From positions 1 to 51,565 of the forward strand of contig LRSL01000047.1 of the NCBI GenBank assembly GCA_001563335.1: DNA of 51,565 nucleotides. The letters are read 5' to 3'. Source of the stretch: Candidatus Thorarchaeota archaeon SMTZ1-45. GTDB taxonomy: Archaea > Asgardarchaeota > Thorarchaeia > Thorarchaeales > Thorarchaeaceae. This document shows, in pieces, positions 28,952 through 38,584 of this stretch. The notes beneath the pieces were generated by a model. That model saw only the letters and a list, made by a program, of their open reading frames with translations, did no database searches and had not been told where the DNA came from. Both the position numbers and the translations under genes were made by a program. Position 1 is the first letter of the stretch. The number at the start of each line of letters is the position of its first letter.

Positions 28952-29242
28952 ATGGAGATTGAAGATATGCCAATACGTTTCATTTCAAGATTATCAGATT
29001 ATGACAAAAAGCATCTTGGTTTCATTGTCCCAAAGTATGTGATGAATTTTTATCAACTCAAGCCTGGGCGATATAAAGGAGGCGTCAGTCTGTCACATGG
29101 GGATGTCACTAGCTGCGGAATAAGTCTCACTAAGTTCAGACACACTCTTCGGGGAAGACTACCTCCAAATGTTGGAAAGAAGGGTGCAATCTCAGAGGTA
29201 TGGATTTATCGTGATACCTGGATTGCGCCTAAAGAAAAATAA
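28952..29242 (+). CDS. Hypothetical basic protein (AbrB-like beta pattern)
   Basis: GFIVPKYVMNFYQLKPG resembles the AbrB IPKxxRxxLgLkpG motif; TATA-like ATATTAAA upstream. Confidence 0.55.
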   Translation: MEIEDMPIRFISRLSDYDKKHLGFIVPKYVMNFYQLKPGRYKGGVSLSHGDVTSCGISLTKFRHTLRGRLPPNVGKKGAISEVWIYRDTWIAPKEK

Positions 29243-29259
29243 CGAATTATTTAGCTTTG

Positions 29260-29305
29260 AAAATTAAAAACAGGAAGAGAGAAGCCCTTTTGGGCACTCT
29301 CTTTC
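29260..29305 (-). terminator. Hairpin plus U-tract terminator after acs
   Basis: Minus strand GAAAGAGAGTGCCC-AAAA-GGGCTTCTCTCTTC then TGTTTTTAATTTT. Confidence 0.6.
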
Positions 29306-29312
29306 GGCTATA

Positions 29313-31313
29313 CTATTTGATTCGTTCTCTGACCAGAGTTTCAACGACTGTCGGATCAGCTAAGGTTGTGACATCACCAAGGTCCTCAATCTGACCAGCA
29401 GCAATGCGCTTTAGGATTCGACGCATAATCTTACCTGAACGGGTCTTAGGTAGTGCATCAGCCCACTGTATCTTCTCTGGAGTGGCGATTGGACCTACAT
29501 CAGCACGAACATGATTCCTTAGCTCGAGCTTTAGTGCGTCGGTCTTCTCTACACCCATCTTCAGAGTGACAAAGCAGTAGATGCTTTCACCTTTGATTTC
29601 ATGGGGGAATCCAACCACGGCACACTCTGCCACTGCAGGATGCTTGACCAGAGAGGATTCGATCTCGGCAGTACCTAGTCTGTGGCCAGAAACCTTCAGA
29701 ACGTCATCAAGGCGACCCATAACAAAGTAGTAACCATCCTTGTTGAAACGGGAACCATCACCAGTGTAGTACATTGGATCTCCATTATCAGGGTTCTTAA
29801 ACTGGACCCAATAGGTATCAACAAATCGCTTATGGTCACCATAAACTGTCCTCATGAGACCAGGCCAAGGTTTCTTCATGCAGAGATACCCACCCTCATT
29901 CGCTCCAACTGGGACACCATCCTCTGCTACAATCACTGGATCGACTCCAAAGTAAGGAAATGTACATGACCCAGGGATGGTGGGCGTTGCACCAGGTAGC
30001 GGAGTAAGTATAACGCCGCCAGTTTCGGTTTGCCAGTAGGTGTCAACAATCGGACACTTTTCCTTTCCAATCATCTTGTGGTACCAAATCCAAGCTTCAG
30101 GATTGATTGGCTCACCGACAGTACCAAGCAAGTTCAAGGATGAGAGGTCATGCTTAAAAACTGGCTCATCACCGAATCTCATCAGTGCGCGGATAGCTGT
30201 TGGAGCAGTATAGAACTGATTGACTTTCCACTTCTCGACTTCAAGCCAAAAGCGGTCGTTGTCAGGATAAGTAGGTACAGACTCAAACATCATTGTAGTT
30301 GCTCCAGCTGAGAGAGGACCATACACAATGTAGGAGTGCCCTGTAATCCAACCGATGTCAGCTGTACACCAATAGACATCACCCTCATGCCAATCAAAGA
30401 TGTGCTTGAAGGTGTGGGTCGTGTAAGTCATGTATCCACCAGTTGTGTGAAGCACACCCTTTGGTTTACCAGTTGAACCGGATGTGTATAGAATGAACAA
30501 TGGGTCCTCTGCATTCACCCACTCGGGCTCGCACTTGTCATCAACTTTCTCGTATTCCTCATGGTACCAGAAATCTCTCCCCTCGGTCCACGGAACATCA
30601 ATCCCGACTCTCTTGACAACAAGAACCTTCTCGACCATTGAGAGGCCTTCAACTGCTGTATCGGCCCCAGCTTTCTGTGGAATAGTCTTGCCAGATCGGA
30701 AATAACCATCAGCTGTGACAAGTAACTTACCCTCACAGTCTAGGATTCTGTCTTTGACAGAGTCAGCGCTGAAGCCACCAAAAACAATACTGTGTACAGC
30801 ACCAATCCTGACACATGCAAGCATGATGATTGCAAGCTCGGGAATCATGGGGAGATACATAGTAATCCTATCGCCTTTCTTTACGCCGAGGTTCTTCAGA
30901 ACATTTGCTGCTTTGTTGACCTCGCTAAGGAGCTCACTGTAAGTGTAAGTCTTTGACTCCTCGAGGGGTTCTCCTTGCCATATCAGAGCAATCTGGTCAC
31001 CCTTACCTGCCTCGACATGCTTGTCAAGACAGTTGTAAGCCATATTGGTTACACCGTCTTTGAACCAGGAAAACCGAATATTTTTGACGTCTTCCCACTC
31101 AAATCCCTTGGTTGGCTCTTTCTTCCAATAACAAAGTTCCTTGGCTGCTTTGAGCCAGAATTCATCAGGATTTTCGACAGACTCCTTCCAGATCTTCATT
31201 CGCTCATCGTGGCCCTTAACATAAGCCTTGTCTACGAAGCTCTTTGGGGGGTCGAACCGCCTTTCTTCCTGGCTATAAACTGAAATCTTCTTCTCTTCTG
31301 ACAAGTATGTCAC
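29313..31313 (-). CDS. acs: AMP-forming acetyl-CoA synthetase
   Basis: YTSGSTGKPKG, TADIGWITGH, DTYWQTETG, PKTRSGKIMRR. Confidence 0.97.
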   Translation of the reverse strand: MTYLSEEKKISVYSQEERRFDPPKSFVDKAYVKGHDERMKIWKESVENPDEFWLKAAKELCYWKKEPTKGFEWEDVKNIRFSWFKDGVTNMAYNCLDKHVEAGKGDQIALIWQGEPLEESKTYTYSELLSEVNKAANVLKNLGVKKGDRITMYLPMIPELAIIMLACVRIGAVHSIVFGGFSADSVKDRILDCEGKLLVTADGYFRSGKTIPQKAGADTAVEGLSMVEKVLVVKRVGIDVPWTEGRDFWYHEEYEKVDDKCEPEWVNAEDPLFILYTSGSTGKPKGVLHTTGGYMTYTTHTFKHIFDWHEGDVYWCTADIGWITGHSYIVYGPLSAGATTMMFESVPTYPDNDRFWLEVEKWKVNQFYTAPTAIRALMRFGDEPVFKHDLSSLNLLGTVGEPINPEAWIWYHKMIGKEKCPIVDTYWQTETGGVILTPLPGATPTIPGSCTFPYFGVDPVIVAEDGVPVGANEGGYLCMKKPWPGLMRTVYGDHKRFVDTYWVQFKNPDNGDPMYYTGDGSRFNKDGYYFVMGRLDDVLKVSGHRLGTAEIESSLVKHPAVAECAVVGFPHEIKGESIYCFVTLKMGVEKTDALKLELRNHVRADVGPIATPEKIQWADALPKTRSGKIMRRILKRIAAGQIEDLGDVTTLADPTVVETLVRERIK

Positions 31314-31488
31314 CTAATGTTGTCAATATGATGGCCGACGAGCAAAATATAGACTATATGAAGCTTGTCAAATATCACGTAGTTTCATGAAATAAGGGCA
31401 CAACATAGAACACTCATAAAGTAACTAGAAAAGTGGAAAAGAGAGGAATGAGGTCAAGGAGAAACCCTCGACCTCTGTTTTCAACCGA

Positions 31489-32766
31489 TTATTTACTCCG
31501 TTTGGATTTCAAGACCAGTGTGAACAAGACTGCTATAATGGCAAGTACTCCAGTCACAATAAAGGCCATGAAGTAGGAGTCAGTTATATCAACGATAGGA
31601 CCAGCTACGAATGCGCCAGTGATTCCAGCAATTCCGTATGCTGTGAACATCACACCATAGTTCTTACCAACATTCTTGCTTCCAAAGAAATCTGCAGTGG
31701 CTGATGGGAATAATGCAAAATTGCCGCCGAAGCAGAAACCAATCAATGAAGCAATACCCATTACTGCAACCCAGCTGATGCTGATTGTAGACATCCATGC
31801 AAAGGCAAACATTCCCAAGGCGAGCACTATGAACATCAGAATCATGGTATTCTCACGACCTAATTTGTCAGATGTGGCACCCCAGACAATTCTTCCTGCA
31901 GCATTGAGTAAGCTCATGACCCCTACTATCACAACAGCATCAGCTGTAGCATCAATTGCCAGAGCAGCTGTCTTGACATTGCCCAGTGTCATTAGGCCTG
32001 CAGTTGCTGCAAACACAAACATTAGCCAGAGGAGCCAAAAGGTAGATGTCCGAATCATTTGACCCGGCATCATCCCAGTACCAGCACCATCAGCTATGGT
32101 TGAGGGAGGTGTATAACCAGCAGGAAGCCACCCCTCAGGGGGATTTGTGAGAAGTTGGGATCCAAACACAACAAGTATGAGGTAAACAATACCGAGTATC
32201 AGCATAGGCATTCCAATATTAGCGGTGGTTGGTACATTGTAGATGTTCAACAAGAACTGTTCAACATATCCAAACACCAAAGCACCAGCACCAAAACCAG
32301 CAACAGCAATACCAGTGATTGTCCCTTTTTTATCTGGGAACCATTTGACCAGAGCTGCAATTGGACAGACATATGCAAAACCGATACCCGCTCCACCAAT
32401 TATACCATAAGTGATGATGAGGTAGATTGTACCTAGAAGTGCATCAGACCCTGCGATTTGATCAACAAAGAACGCAAGAATATAACCTACACCTAAAAGG
32501 ATACCACCAACTGTAGCAACCTTTCTAGGACCAACACGGTCCTGCCATCTTCCTGCAAATATCATGAATAATGCGAACGAAGCCAATCCGGCTGCAAATG
32601 GCAACTGTGAATAGAGAGAGGGCCAGAGATATACACCAACAGGGGGACTTCCTCCATTCAGAGCAGTCTGGAAGAAGGACCATGCGTATATCGAACCTAA
32701 GCACAGTTGTACAATAAGCGCACCGAGAATAACAAGGTTCCTGTTACCAATTTTCTCATCAGACAT
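31489..32766 (-). CDS. OFA (oxalate:formate antiporter)-family MFS transporter
   Basis: GSIYAWS, KWFPDKKG..TG...GFGAG, FG.KN.G.NYG. Confidence 0.92.
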   Translation of the reverse strand: MSDEKIGNRNLVILGALIVQLCLGSIYAWSFFQTALNGGSPPVGVYLWPSLYSQLPFAAGLASFALFMIFAGRWQDRVGPRKVATVGGILLGVGYILAFFVDQIAGSDALLGTIYLIITYGIIGGAGIGFAYVCPIAALVKWFPDKKGTITGIAVAGFGAGALVFGYVEQFLLNIYNVPTTANIGMPMLILGIVYLILVVFGSQLLTNPPEGWLPAGYTPPSTIADGAGTGMMPGQMIRTSTFWLLWLMFVFAATAGLMTLGNVKTAALAIDATADAVVIVGVMSLLNAAGRIVWGATSDKLGRENTMILMFIVLALGMFAFAWMSTISISWVAVMGIASLIGFCFGGNFALFPSATADFFGSKNVGKNYGVMFTAYGIAGITGAFVAGPIVDITDSYFMAFIVTGVLAIIAVLFTLVLKSKRSK

Positions 32767-32922
32767 AATCAAATTCACCCGTCACAATGTCAGGTTTTGA
32801 GCGGCTGGCGGGACCTACCCCACTAAAAGCCTTCCGAATTGTCATATATTGAATTAAGTCACTAGCAAATGCCTATATGCAACTTCCTTATCGAAGGAGC
32901 CATTGAGAAGAGGTAATCTGCA

Positions 32923-34809
32923 ATGAGTAAGAGTGATTGGACTCAAACATACAAGAAAAAGGTCGTTAATGCTTCAAAGGCAATCAAGAAGATTAAACGT
33001 GGTGCAAGAATCTTCTTGGGGACAGGTTGTGGAGTTCCATATCATCTTGTCCAGGAACTAGCAAAAAATGCTGATCAAATGGCGGACAATGAAATTGTTC
33101 ATCTTCTGACTCTTGGGGATACACCATCAGCTGATCCAATGTTTCAAAACCAATTTCGACATAACACGTTTTTCGTTAGTTCAAACATCCGAGAAGCAGT
33201 TTCCGAGGGGCGAGCAGATTACACTCCGATGATGCTCTCTGACATTCCGCAACTTTTCAGGCAAAAGAGAATGCCCCTTGATGTGGCAATGATTCAAATC
33301 AGTCCTCCGGATCGTAATGGATACAGCTCCTTAGGCATCTCTGTAGACATCACAAAATCTGCAGCTGAAAGTGCGGATGTTGTCATTGCACAGGTAAATG
33401 AGAAGATGCCAGTCACTCATGGTGACTCATTCATAGATGTTCGAGATATTGATTATTTAGTTCCCTATAATGAGCCATTGAGGGAATTTGAGGCTGCTGA
33501 GATCGATGATACAATCGACAAAATAGGTCGCTATGTAGCCAGAATTGTTGAGAATGAATCAACACTAGAGCTTGGAATAGGTGCGTTGCCTCAATCTGTG
33601 TGCAACAATCTATTGGAAACGGGAGTACAAGATCTTGGAATACACACAGAGATGTTTAGTGACAGTTTGATTCAACTCATTGAACAGGGTGTTGTCACAA
33701 ACAAGAAAAAGTCGATTCATCGAGGAAAGGTGATTGCAAGCTTTGCTATGGGTTCAGAGAAACTCTACACCTATATCGACGACAATCCAATGTTTCAGTT
33801 TCATGATACAGCATATGTGAATGACCCCTATGTCATCGGGCAGAACAAAAAGATGATAGCTATAAACTCAGCTCTAGAGGTAGATCTCACCGGACAGGTT
33901 TGCGCAGACTCTATTGGACACAGATTCTATAGTGGTATTGGAGGGCAGGTTGACTTTATTCGTGGTGCGAAGAGGTCTCAGGGGGGAAAAGCTGTAATCT
34001 GCATGCTCTCCACAGCAATGGATGGGGAAGTTTCGCGAATCGTGCCGCGCTTGAGTGAGGGCGCGGGAGTTGTTACCACCCGTGGAGATGTGGATGTTGT
34101 CATCACAGAGTTTGGTCTTGCAAATCTACATGGAAAGAGTATTCGAGAGCGTGTTCTGTCACTCATTGCCATTGCACATCCCAAATTCAGAAACGATTTA
34201 CTGGAGGCCGCTAAGAAGATGCATTATGTCTTCGAGGACCAGGTTCCATTCCTTGTTCAAGGGACATACTTCGCCTCAGAGTATGAGGTGCAAGAAAATT
34301 TCAAGACTGCAGAGGGGTCAATTGGAGTTCAGTTTAGGTTGATTAGACCAGATGATGCTGATAGAATCAAGGAGCTTTTCTATGACTTGAGTGAAGAGAG
34401 CATCTACTTCCGATTTCTCACCCCACTGAAAACATTGCGTCGACAGACATTGCAGGATTTCTATAATGTTGACCAAGCAATTGACATCAGCGTAGTGGCG
34501 GTTGTGAAGTCTGGTGAAGAGGGAGAAACTGAGAAGATTATTGGTGCTGGAAGATACCTCTTGAACAGGAGTACAAATGAGGCAGAGTTCGCTCTTCTTG
34601 TACAGGATGAATACCAAGGCATAGGAATCGGTACATTCCTGTTGAATCATCTCATGAGGATTGCCAAGAGTAAAGGAGTTGAGGCGTTCATTGCTTATGT
34701 ACATCCTCAAAATCAGCCAATGATTCGATTCATTCATAAAACCGGGAAGGTTGTTGAGAGCAAGCTTTCGATACAGGATGATGAGTATCTCTTTCGACTC
34801 AAACTGTGA
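32923..34809 (+). CDS. Acetyl-CoA hydrolase/4-hydroxybutyrate CoA-transferase fused to a C-terminal GNAT
   Basis: LGIGALP, GIHTEMF (catalytic Glu), SGIGGQVDF; GNAT SIYFRF..EFALLVQDEYQGIGIGT. Confidence 0.92.
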   Translation: MSKSDWTQTYKKKVVNASKAIKKIKRGARIFLGTGCGVPYHLVQELAKNADQMADNEIVHLLTLGDTPSADPMFQNQFRHNTFFVSSNIREAVSEGRADYTPMMLSDIPQLFRQKRMPLDVAMIQISPPDRNGYSSLGISVDITKSAAESADVVIAQVNEKMPVTHGDSFIDVRDIDYLVPYNEPLREFEAAEIDDTIDKIGRYVARIVENESTLELGIGALPQSVCNNLLETGVQDLGIHTEMFSDSLIQLIEQGVVTNKKKSIHRGKVIASFAMGSEKLYTYIDDNPMFQFHDTAYVNDPYVIGQNKKMIAINSALEVDLTGQVCADSIGHRFYSGIGGQVDFIRGAKRSQGGKAVICMLSTAMDGEVSRIVPRLSEGAGVVTTRGDVDVVITEFGLANLHGKSIRERVLSLIAIAHPKFRNDLLEAAKKMHYVFEDQVPFLVQGTYFASEYEVQENFKTAEGSIGVQFRLIRPDDADRIKELFYDLSEESIYFRFLTPLKTLRRQTLQDFYNVDQAIDISVVAVVKSGEEGETEKIIGAGRYLLNRSTNEAEFALLVQDEYQGIGIGTFLLNHLMRIAKSKGVEAFIAYVHPQNQPMIRFIHKTGKVVESKLSIQDDEYLFRLKL

Positions 34810-34874
34810 GTTTTGCACAGCTCACTAAACTCAAAGGCAGGCTTATAGAACTGTGTTTCTGAGTGTGTTGGAAT

Positions 34875-36083
34875 ATGGCCAATATCCTTCTCAAAACCGG
34901 GACTCTGATTGTTGGTGATGGTAGGACTCTGGATGATACAGCAGTCTTAATCAAGAGTGGTATAGTTTCTGAAGTTGGCCAGGATCTGAAAAGAGAATCT
35001 GAGATGGAGGTTCTTGATTATTCAGACCGAGTCGTAATGCCGGGGATTATTGATACTCATGTTCATGTGGGGTATGATGGTATCGCAGCAGATCCCGATG
35101 AGGTCAGACTGCTCACTGACGAATTCCTCTCAATTCGTGGGGGTGTTGTCGTTGAACGTCTTCTTAACCATGGGATCACTACTGCAGGGGATGCCGCTTC
35201 AAGAGGGAATATTTCTTTTGCAGTGAGAGAAGCAATCGAGAAGGGGATTGTAAATGGTCCAAGACTTCTAGTGTGTGGTCGAATGATATCAATCACTGGA
35301 GGCAGAGACCCAATGTCGGGATATAGTGAAGCTAATGGTGTTGATGACGTAAGACGTGCGGTCAGAGAAGAGATTGCACGTGGGATACACTTCATCAAAC
35401 TCGCATCCACTGGTGCAATATCTGCTATGCATACTGAGAGCATGAGCCCTCAATTCAATCTTGATGAATTACAAGCTGCCGCTGAGGAAACTCATAAGGT
35501 TGGAAAGATGGCACACGCTCATGCATATGGGGATGTTGGAATAAGGAATACAATTCTTTCTGGAGTAGATGTTCTTGTTCATGGACATCCCTTGAATAGA
35601 GAGAACATTGACCTGATGAAGGAACATGGGACTATGTATATGCCAACTATTGTGACCTACTACGAATCGCAGCTCCATCATGATGATGGTGACTTGCCTG
35701 AGTATATGGTTCGAAAAGAGAAAGAGATCTACCCACTCATAGAAGAAGGGGTCAAGAATGCTGTAACTGCTGGGTTGAAGATGGTCCTTGGGTCAGACTC
35801 AGGAATGCCATATACACCATTTGGACCTTCATCTATGGAGGAGATGGAGCTGATGGTGAGAATTGGTGGACTGCCTGAAATGGATGCCATTGTCGCAGGA
35901 ACTCTGAATGCTGCAAAGGCACTTAAGATCGAGTCACAGATAGGAACCATCGAGCCTGGCAAATCTGCGGATTTGCTGGTTCTTGCTCCAGGAAAGAATC
36001 CATTGAAGGACATTAGACTCCTTCAGAGTCCTGAATCTATTGAACGAGTGATTCTCAAAGGGAAAACTGTAATCGAACATTAG
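34875..36083 (+). CDS. Amidohydrolase family (Xaa-Pro dipeptidase-like)
   Basis: PGIIDTHVH, IKL, AHAHA, HG, GSDSG. Confidence 0.9.
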   Translation: MANILLKTGTLIVGDGRTLDDTAVLIKSGIVSEVGQDLKRESEMEVLDYSDRVVMPGIIDTHVHVGYDGIAADPDEVRLLTDEFLSIRGGVVVERLLNHGITTAGDAASRGNISFAVREAIEKGIVNGPRLLVCGRMISITGGRDPMSGYSEANGVDDVRRAVREEIARGIHFIKLASTGAISAMHTESMSPQFNLDELQAAAEETHKVGKMAHAHAYGDVGIRNTILSGVDVLVHGHPLNRENIDLMKEHGTMYMPTIVTYYESQLHHDDGDLPEYMVRKEKEIYPLIEEGVKNAVTAGLKMVLGSDSGMPYTPFGPSSMEEMELMVRIGGLPEMDAIVAGTLNAAKALKIESQIGTIEPGKSADLLVLAPGKNPLKDIRLLQSPESIERVILKGKTVIEH

Positions 36084-36901
36084 ATGTAAGTGTGACGAAT
36101 CTGGGCAGGGCGTCCATTAACATGGATTGTTTCAAGAAATGTTGACATAGAGTCATTCGGAAAGTCGTATCCCTGGTCAAGAATTTCCTGCTTTAGAGTT
36201 TTAAATACCTCAAGTATAGTTTCGAATCTTGGATCATCTAGAGCATTACAGAATAGCTTGTAGTTTTCATCAGACATGTCCATTTGCTTCACATGAGGAG
36301 TCCACCACTTTAGAGGCGGAGTCCATGATTTCTGTATTGTAAACCACAGATTAACTGCTGCTACAACTGCGCGGAAGACATTCAATCTTGAGTCATATTT
36401 GAAGCCCCGTCGTTGATTGATATCTGCGTAGCCAAGAGCACCAAGGAGTGTGCAGTACTTATTCTTGAGACGGTCAAGATGCTCCTCTTCTGGATATCTA
36501 GCAAGTTTTTTCCTCCATTCCTCAAGTTTTCCAGTTGGGTCGTGTATAACGACTCCTTCAACATATGGAGAGTGGTCCATGTCCAAGGGAGAGTCTATCT
36601 GCTGTCTGAACCATGCATCAGATATTGGGGAGAAGTCAATTACAAGTTTTCGAGGGGCAACGGATTCATCAAATTCTAACCAAAGTGTATCTTTCAATTC
36701 AAGACTATCATAGTACTCTTCGGTGACATAGATCAGAGCATCCCAATCAGTGGTCGGCGCACCAAATCCAGTGGCTCGACTCCCCCATATCATCACTCCA
36801 AGCACATGCGGTTCTTTTACAAGTTCTTCAAGACGTTCTCGGACCATATCGTCATCTATCTCTTCAATGCTTTTAACAACAGAAATCTGATTCTCACTCA
36901 C
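36080..36901 (-). CDS. Pol-beta-like nucleotidyltransferase domain protein (DUF4037-like C-terminus)
   Basis: WGSRATG....TDWD NTase motif; PPLKW; probable GTG start at 36901. Confidence 0.8.
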   Translation of the reverse strand: MSENQISVVKSIEEIDDDMVRERLEELVKEPHVLGVMIWGSRATGFGAPTTDWDALIYVTEEYYDSLELKDTLWLEFDESVAPRKLVIDFSPISDAWFRQQIDSPLDMDHSPYVEGVVIHDPTGKLEEWRKKLARYPEEEHLDRLKNKYCTLLGALGYADINQRRGFKYDSRLNVFRAVVAAVNLWFTIQKSWTPPLKWWTPHVKQMDMSDENYKLFCNALDDPRFETILEVFKTLKQEILDQGYDFPNDSMSTFLETIHVNGRPAQIRHTYI

Positions 36902-36967
36902 TAGATATCGCCTGTCAGGGTTGCAGCAGCCAGCTGCATTAAAGCATAATTGTTTACGCGAGAAAGA

Positions 36968-37085
36968 GTGAAGGCGCCACACCGCCGGGAAGCGGAAACG
37001 ACAGACACTAGAATTTGTGATTAGGGACCGTGGCGCTCAACGCATTTGAGTCCAGCTCAGGTCTGATAAGCACCTAGAATTTTGA
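36968..37085. ncRNA. Candidate structured RNA (strand unresolved)
   Basis: GC-rich stretch; GCGCCAC/GTGGCGC enclosing CCGC/GCGG; CTCAA/TTGAG; AGGT/ACCT; CTAGAATTT twice. Confidence 0.4.
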
Positions 37086-37118
37086 CGAGGTTAAATTGTA
37101 AATATCTAACAAGATACT

Positions 37119-37310
37119 ATGACAGATACTAAGATATTGTCCTTTGTGAAACAGTTCACAAAGGAGCAGCTTCGAGCCATTGATTCAGTCCTTCGTATCC
37201 TTGACCCAGATGAGTATCGAGACTATCATGATCAGTTCGGAATATGCAATGCTCCAGACCGCATTGAGCTGTTGAGAAGTGAGATTCGTGCGGCTCTTAG
37301 GAAATCTTAA
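37119..37310 (+). CDS. Small hypothetical protein (63 aa)
   Basis: ATG start, amphipathic helical composition, TATA-like element upstream. Confidence 0.65.
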   Translation: MTDTKILSFVKQFTKEQLRAIDSVLRILDPDEYRDYHDQFGICNAPDRIELLRSEIRAALRKS

Positions 37311-37361
37311 CGACTTCTTCTACGATGACAAGACTGGTCTAAATGTCAGCCTGAACTTGGT

Positions 37362-37613
37362 TTAAGCCAAGACAAAAGCCGGTGGAAACAGAATGAAATA
37401 CTCGACGACAATAGAAAGGACAATCCCACCTAAGATGAGCCCCTTCCCTCTTTTTGGATTGACATCAGTAAACCAGAGTATTGCACCAATGAGTACTACA
37501 ATGACCCCCGAAATCTGACCGATGAAAATTAGAAAGTCCCAGATCTCAGCGAGATATGCACCTATCATCTGTGCAAAGTTTTGAAGTGGAGTCTGCAATA
37601 GTAGATGATCCAT
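37362..37613 (-). CDS. Small 2-TM membrane protein
   Basis: Two TM helices separated by NPKRGK. Confidence 0.7.
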   Translation of the reverse strand: MDHLLLQTPLQNFAQMIGAYLAEIWDFLIFIGQISGVIVVLIGAILWFTDVNPKRGKGLILGGIVLSIVVEYFILFPPAFVLA

Positions 37614-37654
37614 TCTCTCAACTCAGCACAGAGTTCTCATGTTTAGATTTAAGG

Positions 37655-38113
37655 TCATAGAGATACTTCGCTTGAGAAAACTAATACTCCATAGAACTTA
37701 CGTGCATTAGTAGTTAGCAACGCCAAGATTTCAGCTATCGCAAAGAGTTCAATGAGAGAAAACAAGATAGCAGAGTATGGTGGGTAGAAGATAAGCATCA
37801 AAATCGTAGTTGGAGCTAATAAAAGAATAACCATACTTGCTGCAATTCCATATCGCCAACCATTCAGACTCCTCCCCCATACCCATTTCACAGTTAGTAT
37901 GTCTAATGTTCCTATGACAAAGAAGATTGAAGGTGGTGCAATAGCCATAACATCAAGTCCCGGCACATACGGACGATTGGTAAAATAAACAAAAATCATC
38001 CAGTTGAAGATAATAAGGAGCATACCTCTGATAGCTTGGAGTAAAACACCTAATATGACTCCATCTGATCTTGCATGACGATTCCGAAACACTTTTTCAG
38101 AGAAATCCCTCAA
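37655..38113 (-). CDS. 4-TM hypothetical membrane protein
   Basis: Hydrophobic ORF. Confidence 0.65.
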   Translation of the reverse strand: MRDFSEKVFRNRHARSDGVILGVLLQAIRGMLLIIFNWMIFVYFTNRPYVPGLDVMAIAPPSIFFVIGTLDILTVKWVWGRSLNGWRYGIAASMVILLLAPTTILMLIFYPPYSAILFSLIELFAIAEILALLTTNARKFYGVLVFSSEVSL

Positions 38114-38185
38114 TCTCTTTTCACTGTCATTAGTATGAGGTTTAGATTTTCTAAATTCCGGTCAAGAATTAAAATAGATGAGTAA

Positions 38186-38292
38186 TGGTGGGCCCGGCGT
38201 GAGTTCCAGCGAAGGTGCAGACACCAAAGCATTTGAACACGCGACCCCCGCCTTATCAGAGCGGTGCTATAACCAGTCTAAGCCACGGGCCC
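38186..38292 (-). tRNA. tRNA-Ile(GAT) with 29-nt non-canonical intron at 59/60 (38203-38231)
   Basis: GGGCCCG acceptor, CCGCT-CT-GAT-AA-GGCGG; T-loop TTCAAA^T split by an intron forming a strict BHB; encoded CCA. Confidence 0.95.
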
Positions 38293-38584
38293 ATGAGCAA
38301 GAGTTGCTGGTGTGGTCCGGATAAAAAGATTATGACTGTGCTAGTTTCAGAATTGCTCTACAATATCTCAAGGTTCAGAAAGTGTTTAGTGTCAGTTTTA
38401 TTGGACAACTTACATGAAAAAGCTAGTCATTACTGGTTTTCTGGTCATTCTTGTTATTATTGTTGGATTATTATTCCTGTTAGGAAGTGTCAACTAGGAA
38501 ATCGATGATACTTTTAATGGTAAGGGGAATACAATTCATCTTTGGAGAATTTTACCATACATTTAGTGAAAATGGGAAGCGTCC

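Noticed and set aside
36968-37075. Hammerhead ribozyme (CTGATAA and GAAAC present)
   Set aside because: The core reads CUGAUAA (C3-A8 mismatch) and the stems do not connect in hammerhead topology
38215-38508. 97-aa ORF, and similar ORFs at 46295-46563 and 49681-49978
   Set aside because: They overlap tRNA genes or fragments; shadow ORFs
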